The position numbers and the translations under genes are program-made. From the IMG/VR virus record IMGVR_UViG_3300021963_000040, positions 32,001 through 96,000 of that record: 64,000 nucleotides of DNA; one strand, 5' to 3'. Every line of letters begins with the position of its first letter. Position 1 is the first letter of the stretch. The stretch is from a virus. The notes under the pieces were generated by a model. The model searched no databases, had not been told where the DNA came from, and saw nothing but the letters and a program-made list of their open reading frames with translations. Shown here piece after piece: positions 50,604 to 57,768 of the stretch.

Positions 50604-50745
50604 ATGCTCTACATGTAATAGCAATATTATCGTAACATGTGACTGGAACCAAGGACGATGCCCACATCGTCCTGCAATGTTAACAGATTATCACTTTAGA
50701 TTTTATAATTTAGCCAAATGGATTAAAGGTCTGTTCGCTAAGTAA
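50593..50745 (+). CDS. Small Cys-rich protein
   Basis: AAGGA SD; CSTC...CDWNQGRCPH. Confidence 0.6.
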   Translation: MNSKCSTCNSNIIVTCDWNQGRCPHRPAMLTDYHFRFYNLAKWIKGLFAK

Positions 50746-50749
50746 TAGC

Positions 50750-51520
50750 ATGTGGGAAAAGACAGTAGACTCAGACATAGCCAACTTTCATATGAACGGT
50801 TTTCGTCGCCGTTTCAATGCCAACGCATATTATAGTCCTAGTGTAGATCGTTTTTTTGCTGTAGATACTTTTGATCCGTATACGGCTTTAGAAGTAGCGC
50901 AGATTCTTAGCAGTAAAATGCCCGGAATAAGTGTTTGTATCCTACAAGCAACAGATGCAACAATGGATAATACTAATTGTATAAACTACACTATAGAAGA
51001 AAAAAATCTAACAGTAGGGCCTGCAAATATATTATATGGTAGACAAACTCCTACATTAGCTAAAATACCAAAAGGTATGAACATAGTTAAACCTGTTAGT
51101 ACGCAACATGTAGACTTTAATAATAACGAACGTTATCAACAATTTTTAAAGTTTCATGAATATGCTAAGTTTACAATACAATGCTGGCATGCAATTAAAT
51201 TAACCGATGCGTTACAAAACATTTTGCCAACCGAAACTTACGCAGATGATTTATTAGATGTTCCTGAAGGCATGAGTGTACCTCCTGACAGTACTAACGG
51301 ATACCTAACTATCAGCGTTAAAAAATATGCTAAACGCATATTGTATACTAGCAATAGTCCAGAAGAAGCACTAGACAGAATAAAACAGATATGGATAGAA
51401 AACGACACTGGCGCTATTATTCCTTATCGTAAAACTTTTTATGCTTTACTAGAGCTTCCAGAACCTCCAGAATTTACAGATAAGATTCGCATAGATAGAC
51501 TAACAATAGGATCATTATGA
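50750..51520 (+). CDS. Hypothetical protein
   Basis: ORF coupled to the downstream PP-loop gene. Confidence 0.65.
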   Translation: MWEKTVDSDIANFHMNGFRRRFNANAYYSPSVDRFFAVDTFDPYTALEVAQILSSKMPGISVCILQATDATMDNTNCINYTIEEKNLTVGPANILYGRQTPTLAKIPKGMNIVKPVSTQHVDFNNNERYQQFLKFHEYAKFTIQCWHAIKLTDALQNILPTETYADDLLDVPEGMSVPPDSTNGYLTISVKKYAKRILYTSNSPEEALDRIKQIWIENDTGAIIPYRKTFYALLELPEPPEFTDKIRIDRLTIGSL

Positions 51521-52824
51521 TTTATAATGTCAATAGACCTAAGTTAGAGTTATCTGACAAACTTTATTTTAGTAATATTGCCTTTAACATTTATCAAAAT
51601 GACTATTGGCAAGATGTATATAGTAAAACAAGCCCAGGCGGCAAATTTGCTATTAACATAGCTCGCAGGCTAAATCCTAATAGATATGTAACAAGAGATT
51701 CTAGTATATGGACTAATCCGTGGCCGCAACCTATCATACCTAAATATAAAATGATAGCCTATGATTCTAACTTTAGATTAGATTTTGCAGAGGTCAGTAA
51801 TTTAGTTGCTTTAAAGTATAAAGGTAGAATTAACCAAGGCGAACGTTTTGCTGTAATGTACAGTGGCGGTTTAGATAGCACTACTATTATGACTGCTTTA
51901 ATTAAAAATCTTACTCAAGAAGAATTAAAAAATGTAGCGGTATGTACTAGTATTACAGGCATAATGGAGAATCCTGTCTTTTACGATAAGTTCATTAAGA
52001 ATAAGTTTAAGATTATAGATTCGATGACCTACAAATACGATACCGTTATGGCCATGGGATATAATCCAATTACTGCCGACGATGGCGATTGTATTTTTGG
52101 TACTGTATTTGGTATAGGACTTTATTATAACTGGGAAAAGTTTGCTAAGAATTTAAGTTCAGATAGTAGAATACACATTAGTAACTTAATAAGCAAACAC
52201 AACGATCCTGATGTCCACTATACAGAATTCAAAGATTTATTGATAGCTTATTTGGCATTGCCAGCTAAACAAGTCTGGCCACAAGCACCTATACCAGTAG
52301 AGCCAGACTTTGGAAAAGTGTTATTTGAAAAATTTCATCTTAATGCTCAAACAGCGTCGGTACCTGTTAACAGTCTACATGATTTCTTTTGGTGGTTGAT
52401 TTTTAATGTAAAGATGTTAAACTGTGGAGTAAGAGGAGCATTGTATTTTAACGATAGTGTAAATCCTGAAACTGCTATCCATAAGATAGAGAACTGGTAC
52501 TTAGACCCTCTATACCAGAAATGGTCAATGGCGAATAACAATAATGGTCAAAAGATACTGGGTGGTGCGGCAACATATAAACTAGCCGCAAGAGAATACA
52601 TATATAGCTTAGATAATAATGATTGGTATAAGACATTTAAATTAAAGCTCGAAAGTATGGCTCTAGCAGTAGTAAGGCAAGATTTATCAGGACTTGATCC
52701 TAATCATATACCTAATGCACGATTTGGCATTACAGAGAACTATGATTTGTTAAGCATCAACGATAGTGATGTAAAAGACTATATACAATATCATTTAGAC
52801 AATTTTAAGATAGACTGGATTTAA
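51517..52824 (+). CDS. PP-loop (adenine nucleotide alpha-hydrolase, asparagine synthetase C-domain-like) protein
   Basis: AVMYSGGLDSTT, TADDGDCIFG. Confidence 0.7.
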   Translation: MIYNVNRPKLELSDKLYFSNIAFNIYQNDYWQDVYSKTSPGGKFAINIARRLNPNRYVTRDSSIWTNPWPQPIIPKYKMIAYDSNFRLDFAEVSNLVALKYKGRINQGERFAVMYSGGLDSTTIMTALIKNLTQEELKNVAVCTSITGIMENPVFYDKFIKNKFKIIDSMTYKYDTVMAMGYNPITADDGDCIFGTVFGIGLYYNWEKFAKNLSSDSRIHISNLISKHNDPDVHYTEFKDLLIAYLALPAKQVWPQAPIPVEPDFGKVLFEKFHLNAQTASVPVNSLHDFFWWLIFNVKMLNCGVRGALYFNDSVNPETAIHKIENWYLDPLYQKWSMANNNNGQKILGGAATYKLAAREYIYSLDNNDWYKTFKLKLESMALAVVRQDLSGLDPNHIPNARFGITENYDLLSINDSDVKDYIQYHLDNFKIDWI

Positions 52825-52825
52825 C

Positions 52826-53335
52826 ATGCCATTACCAAATGTAAAACAGTTACCAAACGGTAAAGATGTAAACGGCAAAGAATACAAAGTATTCAGTAGC
52901 GACCATGCCGCGGCGCACGACAGCCTTATGAGTTCGTATTTTAAAGCATTTGCATATCTTTTAGACAGGGGATGGGCCATCAGTACAGTATATGCAGTTA
53001 AGAATGAATATCGAGGTATCTGGGTAGAAGATGACAACGGCAAATGTATAGCAGGTGTAGTGTGGGAATGGTTGTCATCTATTAAACAAGGATTCATCAT
53101 CTTAATCTTTACAGATGAGGAATATAGAGGAAAGCATTTATATTCTATTGTACAAGAAGCATTTGAAAATGAAACTATCCGTCTAGGCGGCACTAGTATA
53201 GCAAGTACAGCTCACGTGGATAATGCTCCTCGATTAAAAGCAGGAGTTAGAGACGGCATGTTACCACAGTTCCATAGACTTTACAAAGACCTTACTCCTA
53301 AAATACAAGCTCAAACAAAAAACCAAACCAAATAA
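52826..53335 (+). CDS. GNAT-family acetyltransferase
   Basis: IFTDEEYRGKHLY acetyl-CoA motif A; HVDN. Confidence 0.75.
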   Translation: MPLPNVKQLPNGKDVNGKEYKVFSSDHAAAHDSLMSSYFKAFAYLLDRGWAISTVYAVKNEYRGIWVEDDNGKCIAGVVWEWLSSIKQGFIILIFTDEEYRGKHLYSIVQEAFENETIRLGGTSIASTAHVDNAPRLKAGVRDGMLPQFHRLYKDLTPKIQAQTKNQTK

Positions 53336-53353
53336 TTTGGTAAATATTAGTCT

Positions 53354-53515
53354 ATGTATGAATACATAAAAATAATGTATTCTGACTGGATTTCATCGCA
53401 TCAGAATAATTTGCCTTCATCCCTTGATGAGTTTTGCAAGGCTGTTTCTGTTTTGCTTGCTAGGACAGAAGATGAAATACGGGAACATTGCATAAAACAA
53501 GGATGGTTCAAATGA
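53354..53515 (+). CDS. Small hypothetical protein (53 aa)
   Basis: Read by hand; TAAATA at 53341. Confidence 0.5.
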   Translation: MYEYIKIMYSDWISSHQNNLPSSLDEFCKAVSVLLARTEDEIREHCIKQGWFK

Positions 53516-53589
53516 CAGCAGTATTAGTTATTGGAGTCTTAGTATTTGGTATTGTATGGTACATAGACTATAAAAATATAATGAAATAA
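53512..53589 (+). CDS. 25-aa single-transmembrane peptide
   Basis: MTAVLVIGVLVFGIVWYIDYKNIMK; overlaps both neighbours (ATGA, TAATG). Confidence 0.5.
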   Translation: MTAVLVIGVLVFGIVWYIDYKNIMK

Positions 53590-54173
53590 TGATAGTATAC
53601 ATTCACGGTGCAAATGCAACGGCTGGTAGTTTCACACACATAAGACAATACGTAAGAGATTATTTCGACGAGCCAGACGTAATGTTAGAATACAAAAGTG
53701 AAGATGGCTTTGATAACAATTTAAAAGAAATGAAGGGCCGGCTAGATGATGCTGACCGTTTATTTTTTATCAGTCATAGCCTGGGCGGGATCTACGCTCT
53801 ACATCTAGCCAATTATTATAACGAAACTACTGTTGGCGGTGTAAGTCTAAGCACACCATACGGAGGTAGCGCAGAAGCAGATTTCGCTCGTTACTTTTTA
53901 CCGTTCAACAGGTTAATGAAAGATGTTGGCACAATGAGTCAACCAATGGTTACCGCTAAAAAATTACCCGCACCACCAAATTGGACACAAGTGGTTACTA
54001 CAGTTGGCCAAAGTCCCTGGATAGTAGAAAAAAATGACGGGGTAGTAACATTAGAAAGTATGCGTTATAGAAAAGACTTTGAATTGGTAGAAATGCCGCT
54101 TAACCATTATGAAGTTGTTATAAGCGATCAAATAGTTGAATTAATATTGGATCGGATTAAACGTGCATTCTAA
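53589..54173 (+). CDS. Alpha/beta hydrolase
   Basis: YIHG, SHSLGG nucleophile elbow, STPYGG, NDGVV, NH. Confidence 0.85.
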   Translation: MIVYIHGANATAGSFTHIRQYVRDYFDEPDVMLEYKSEDGFDNNLKEMKGRLDDADRLFFISHSLGGIYALHLANYYNETTVGGVSLSTPYGGSAEADFARYFLPFNRLMKDVGTMSQPMVTAKKLPAPPNWTQVVTTVGQSPWIVEKNDGVVTLESMRYRKDFELVEMPLNHYEVVISDQIVELILDRIKRAF

Positions 54174-54177
54174 TAGG

Positions 54178-54206
54178 TTGACAACACCTGTAAATAAATA
54201 TATAAT
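54178..54206 (+). promoter_or_regulatory. Consensus sigma70 promoter with embedded late TAAATA motifs, driving the tmRNA operon
   Basis: TTGACA-17 nt-TATAAT; the spacer contains TAAATAAATA. Confidence 0.85.
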
Positions 54207-54227
54207 ACGAACACAAAGGAGACAGTC

Positions 54228-54335
54228 ATGCCTAGTCCACGTAGAGTAAGTCAAATCCTAAAAGGTAAAAAACCACCTAAGCCAAAAACTGTAAAGCAAA
54301 TGGCCAAACGAGTTGTCCGTAGAAAGAGTAAATAA
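54228..54335 (+). CDS. 35-aa Lys/Arg-rich peptide
   Basis: AAGGAG SD; MPSPRRVSQILKGKKPPKPKTVKQMAKRVVRRKSK. Confidence 0.7.
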   Translation: MPSPRRVSQILKGKKPPKPKTVKQMAKRVVRRKSK

Positions 54336-54337
54336 TC

Positions 54338-54403
54338 ATGGCATACAGAGCAAAAACTAAAACTCAAGCCGCAGTTCGTAGACAACTACGTAAGCGTAAA
54401 TAA
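54338..54403 (+). CDS. 21-aa Lys/Arg-rich peptide
   Basis: MAYRAKTKTQAAVRRQLRKRK; starts 2 nt after the previous stop codon. Confidence 0.55.
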   Translation: MAYRAKTKTQAAVRRQLRKRK

Positions 54404-54472
54404 TAAGAACAGCGTAAACTGTTATTAAGAAAAGTGTTCTGGACGCCGGTTCGACTCCGGCCAGGTCCACCA
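54404..54472 (+). ncRNA. ssrA: tmRNA acceptor piece (permuted two-piece tmRNA); 5' boundary approximate
   Basis: GGAC, T-arm GCCGG-TTCGACT-CCGGC, acceptor strand CAGGTCC-A-CCA. Confidence 0.9.
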
Positions 54473-54483
54473 TAAGGGGAACT

Positions 54484-54663
54484 ATGAATACTGCTCTAGT
54501 TTGGGTTTTGTCGATTACTGTTTTAGGACCTGTTCCTGAACATAAAATATACGCCAAATATAAAACCAAACAAGAGTGTGAGCAAGCGTTAGAGCAATCT
54601 AAAGCAGAGTACAAGTTGCAGAAAAAGAATGTGTCTGCAACTTGTACTGTAACAATGAAATAG
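54484..54663 (+). CDS. 59-aa protein encoded inside the tmRNA intervening segment
   Basis: AAGGGGA SD; MNTALVWVLSITVLGPVPEHKIYAKYKTKQECEQALEQSKAEYKLQKKNVSATCTVTMK; TAG stop. Confidence 0.7.
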   Translation: MNTALVWVLSITVLGPVPEHKIYAKYKTKQECEQALEQSKAEYKLQKKNVSATCTVTMK

Positions 54664-54675
54664 TATCCTTATGAT

Positions 54676-54855
54676 GGGCCTGCACTTGGTTTCGACAGGG
54701 CAAAGAGTAAGAATAATGGCGCTCGGGAATGTGAAACCCGTAGGATTGGGGTAACCCGGTCGAAGAAGCAAAAACGTAACTGCAAACGACGAACAGTTCG
54801 CATTAGCGGCCTAAACTCCGCTTAGGGTAGGAAATACCTCGTAACAGAAACAACC
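54676..54855 (+). ncRNA. ssrA: tmRNA coding piece with tag reading frame ANDEQFALAA; 3' boundary approximate
   Basis: 5' GGGCCTG-CACTTGGTTTCGAC; resume codon GCA at 54782, TAA at 54812-54814; G3:U70 pair with the acceptor piece. Confidence 0.92.
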
Positions 54856-54882
54856 AATGCCCGCTTCGGCGGGCATTTTTTT
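54856..54882 (+). terminator. Intrinsic terminator of the tmRNA operon
   Basis: AATGCCCGC-TTCG-GCGGGCATT plus T-run. Confidence 0.9.
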
Positions 54883-55006
54883 GGTTAATTTGTTCAAAAA
54901 ACTGTTATTTTTCAATGGTTACTATTGTATAAATGTGGTTACGTACTATATACTATGTATTCGGTGTAACAGCCGGTATACAAATCTTAATATTAAGGAA
55001 AAATAA

Positions 55007-55543
55007 ATGAAGAAACTTTTAGCAATTTTAGCTATGGCATTCGCCTCTTCTGCTTTTGCAGTTAACTACGTATCTGTTGATGTTGACAGCGTTAAGGGCC
55101 TAAATGGCGCTTCTGACAGCACCGCACAATACGTTCGTGCAGGAACAGAAATTGGTGGTATTCAATGGGGCTTACAAAGCCGTACTGCTCGCGTTGAAGG
55201 CGGCGGCCTATTGAACAGCCTAGAGGTAACTGGCGGTAAGGCAATTGGTGCGATCACTCCATTCGTTGGCGTTGGTCATGACAATGGCTTCAACGGTTCT
55301 ACTCCATATAACTATGGTTTAGTTGGCGCAACTGCTGGTGCGAAAATGGGTCCTGGTTTTGCATTGGCTGGTGTTAAAGCTCGAGTTGGTTCTACAGAAA
55401 CCAACATGACACATCAGACTGTTGTTTTTGGTACTTATTCTTTACCGATGACAAAAACAGTTAGTTTGAACTTTAACGCAAGCAAGTCCTACCGAGACAT
55501 TAAAGAAAATGCTTTTGGTCTAGGTCTAGGTTTTAGCTTCTAA
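55007..55543 (+). CDS. Outer-membrane beta-barrel protein
   Basis: Signal peptide MKKLLAILAMAFASSAFA, alternating beta strands, C-terminal GLGLGFSF. Confidence 0.8.
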   Translation: MKKLLAILAMAFASSAFAVNYVSVDVDSVKGLNGASDSTAQYVRAGTEIGGIQWGLQSRTARVEGGGLLNSLEVTGGKAIGAITPFVGVGHDNGFNGSTPYNYGLVGATAGAKMGPGFALAGVKARVGSTETNMTHQTVVFGTYSLPMTKTVSLNFNASKSYRDIKENAFGLGLGFSF

Positions 55544-55562
55544 TTTAGACGTTAAACTTAAT

Positions 55563-55585
55563 AAAAGGGCCTTAGGGCCCTTTTT
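55563..55585 (+). terminator. Intrinsic terminator
   Basis: AAAAGGGCC-TTAG-GGCCCTTTT. Confidence 0.85.
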
Positions 55586-55654
55586 ATTTGTGATCTAGAT
55601 ATTAAATATTTTTGCTCGTGTTATATACACACATTCACACACAAGGAGAAAAAT

Positions 55655-55882
55655 ATGAGCAAAACACCTTACGAGATTCGTCTCGAACTTTTGAAAATGG
55701 CTAACGAAATCCTCGCAACGCCAATCTTCCAATCTCGCGATGCGAAGTTACAAGAATATCATTCTAAGTTAACAGATACTAATCGTGATTCTTTGGCATT
55801 TCCAACTTTACCAGATTTTCCGTCTAGCACAGATATTGTTGCTAAAGCCGAAGAACTGAAAAAGTTTGTCGATATGGCATAA
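55655..55882 (+). CDS. Conserved phage hypothetical protein
   Basis: KTPYEIRLELLKMA...AEELKKFV; AAGGAG SD. Confidence 0.8.
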   Translation: MSKTPYEIRLELLKMANEILATPIFQSRDAKLQEYHSKLTDTNRDSLAFPTLPDFPSSTDIVAKAEELKKFVDMA

Positions 55883-55887
55883 TGAAC

Positions 55888-55926
55888 ATATAGAGACTTG
55901 ACAGTCTCTATATTTTTACATACAAT
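55888..55926 (+). promoter_or_regulatory. Terminator-like hairpin containing the -35 box of the tRNA promoter
   Basis: ATATAGAGACT/AGTCTCTATAT; TTGACA(55898)-17-TACAAT(55921). Confidence 0.75.
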
Positions 55927-55979
55927 ATAGACATGGTTTGGTAGTTTCCCATCATGGACCCCTCCAAAAAACTACCAAT

Positions 55980-56055
55980 GCGTCTGTAGCTAAGTGGAAC
56001 AGCAGAAGCCTCTAAAACTTCAGAAGCGTGGGTTCGATTCCCACCAGACGCACCA
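55980..56055 (+). tRNA. tRNA with CUA anticodon (amber suppressor)
   Basis: Acceptor GCGTCTG/CAGACGC-A-CCA; anticodon arm GAAGC-CTCTAAA-ACTTC (CTA at 56012-56014); T-arm GTGGG-TTCGATT-CCCAC. Confidence 0.85.
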
Positions 56056-56072
56056 ATTTAAAGGTAGTGCAT

Positions 56073-56303
56073 ATGGATATGGACAATGCGGCAGTATTTT
56101 TAGGTGGTACAATCTTGTATGCACTAGCATGTATTATAATTTTAATAGCGATAGTTATAGCAAATAATATTATACACAAGTACTGGAAATCATTTGGATG
56201 GAAGTTAACCCCTGCTTATTGGGACCATCCTACCCCTCAATTTATGACCAAAGAGGAAGCAGAAAAAATTGCTCCTCACTTAGAAGCAGAAAGTAAAAAA
56301 TGA
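56073..56303 (+). CDS. Single-pass membrane protein
   Basis: MDMDNAAVFLGGTILYALACIIILIAIVIA; AAGGT SD. Confidence 0.7.
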   Translation: MDMDNAAVFLGGTILYALACIIILIAIVIANNIIHKYWKSFGWKLTPAYWDHPTPQFMTKEEAEKIAPHLEAESKK

Positions 56304-56461
56304 CTATACGAGAACTAATGGTTGAATACATTCTGTTTGCATTTACAGAGGAAGAACTGTTAACAAAGTTTCATGTGTCCGAGGAAGAACTTCCTGGCCT
56401 TGCAGATGTTGATCTATTAGAAATTTATGATCAAACATTATTGACCCCAATAGAACAATAG
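56300..56461 (+). CDS. Small acidic protein (53 aa)
   Basis: Read by hand; ATGA overlap; TAG stop. Confidence 0.6.
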   Translation: MTIRELMVEYILFAFTEEELLTKFHVSEEELPGLADVDLLEIYDQTLLTPIEQ

Positions 56462-56498
56462 TACAGAATGCGGTACTGCATTAGAAATATTCGCATAA

Positions 56499-56516
56499 CT
56501 GTAATCGAATTGTAAT
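56499..56516 (+). promoter_or_regulatory. Candidate Pho box
   Basis: CTGTAAT-CGAA-TTGTAAT direct repeat at 11-bp spacing upstream of pstS (consensus CTGTCAT-N4-CTGTCAY). Confidence 0.6.
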
Positions 56517-56577
56517 CTTCTTTTAATTAAATAGATTGTGCAATCGCACAATCACTTAACCCTTAAGGAGATTACAA

Positions 56578-57561
56578 GTGAAAAAATTATTCGTGACACT
56601 ACTGGCGGCTTTGGCCGTTTCAGCACAAGCACAGCAAATAGCCGGTGCAGGAGCAACATTTCCTGCTCCGGTTTATTCTAAGTGGGCTTCAGAATACCAC
56701 AAAGAAACTAAAGTACAAATCAACTACGGCCCATTAGGTTCTGCAGGCGGTATCAAACAATTAGAAGCTAATACAGTTAGCTTTGGCGCCACTGACGATC
56801 CTATGAGCGTAGAAGATCTTAACAAGAGAGGGTGGCATCAGTTTCCTGCAGTCATAGGCGGGGTGGTACTGGTTGTTAACCTTAAAGGATTCCAACCCGG
56901 AGAAATCGTTCTTGACGGACAGACAGTAGCAGACATCTATGAAGGCAAAATTCTAAATTGGAACGATCCTAAGATTGCAAAACTTAATCCTAAATTAAAA
57001 TTACCAGACCAACCTATCACTGCGGTAATTAGAGCAGACGGATCTGGAACTACTGCGGTGTTTACAGACTACTTGTCACAGGTCAGCAAGAGTTTTAAAG
57101 AAAGCACTGGTGTAGGTAAGATGGTTAGTTGGAAACTAAAGCAAGTCAGTGCAGGTAAAGGTAACGCAGGTGTTGCCGCAATGGTACAGAACATGAACGG
57201 TGCCATTGGTTATGTTGAATATGCCTTTGCCAAACAAGGTAAGATGACACACGTAGCAATGTTAAACAAAGGCAAAGTCATACAGCCCGACGACTTAACA
57301 TTCAAACAAGCCACAAGTTCTGCTAATTGGAACACTCCAGGAATGGCTGTAAACTTAACCAACAAGGATGGTTGGCCAATCACAGCCGCTACCTTTGTGT
57401 TAGTATACAAAGAAGGCAATGCCAAGACACAGGATGTATTAAAATTCTTTGACTGGGCATTTACCAAAGGCGACAAGATGGCAGAAGACCTAGACTATGT
57501 ACCTTTACCTGACAAAGTAAAAGCACAGATCCGAGCAGACTGGGCAAAGAACATCAAATAG
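56578..57561 (+). CDS. pstS: Phosphate ABC transporter substrate-binding protein PstS
   Basis: Signal peptide; GAGATFPAP, GSAGG, RADGSGTT, GAIGYVE, WPITAAT. Confidence 0.95.
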   Translation: MKKLFVTLLAALAVSAQAQQIAGAGATFPAPVYSKWASEYHKETKVQINYGPLGSAGGIKQLEANTVSFGATDDPMSVEDLNKRGWHQFPAVIGGVVLVVNLKGFQPGEIVLDGQTVADIYEGKILNWNDPKIAKLNPKLKLPDQPITAVIRADGSGTTAVFTDYLSQVSKSFKESTGVGKMVSWKLKQVSAGKGNAGVAAMVQNMNGAIGYVEYAFAKQGKMTHVAMLNKGKVIQPDDLTFKQATSSANWNTPGMAVNLTNKDGWPITAATFVLVYKEGNAKTQDVLKFFDWAFTKGDKMAEDLDYVPLPDKVKAQIRADWAKNIK

Positions 57562-57730
57562 TCCTACCCCACTCTACTTTCATCCATAGTCTTTCGTGAA
57601 AATAATAGGCAACCAATAATATAAGTTGGATGCCTATTGCTATTTTTAAACCTACTATAGGTATTGTTATTGCTAATGCTATTAATCTGAATGTGATTGC
57701 TCTTATAATTGTACGTGTTTTTGTTTCCAT
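57554..57730 (-). CDS. DUF2061-like small membrane protein
   Basis: METKTRTIIRAITFR...YYFHERLWMKVEWG; GGAG SD. Confidence 0.7.
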   Translation of the reverse strand: METKTRTIIRAITFRLIALAITIPIVGLKIAIGIQLILLVAYYFHERLWMKVEWGRTI

Positions 57731-57744
57731 CTATACTCCAAAAT

Positions 57745-57768
57745 AAAAGCCCCTTGCGGGGCTTTTTT
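57745..57768. terminator. Bidirectional intrinsic terminator
   Basis: AAAAGCCCC-TTGC-GGGGCTTTT. Confidence 0.8.

Noticed and set aside
54441-54472. Isolated tRNA-like 3' end as an attP/integration remnant
   Set aside because: It pairs fully with the downstream 5' piece across the acceptor stem and helix 2, and no integrase is nearby; better explained as permuted tmRNA
54357-54771. Minus-strand ORFs 54357..54614 and 54589..54771
   Set aside because: Antisense to the tmRNA pieces; typical spurious ORFs over structured RNA
56005-56021. Reading the tRNA as Arg(TCT)
   Set aside because: Needs an asymmetric loop with C at position 33; the symmetric 7-nt loop with U33 gives CUA
56028-56072. GTG start extension MGSIPTRRT
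   Set aside because: It is the T-arm and acceptor stem of the tRNA; the real start is ATG 56073
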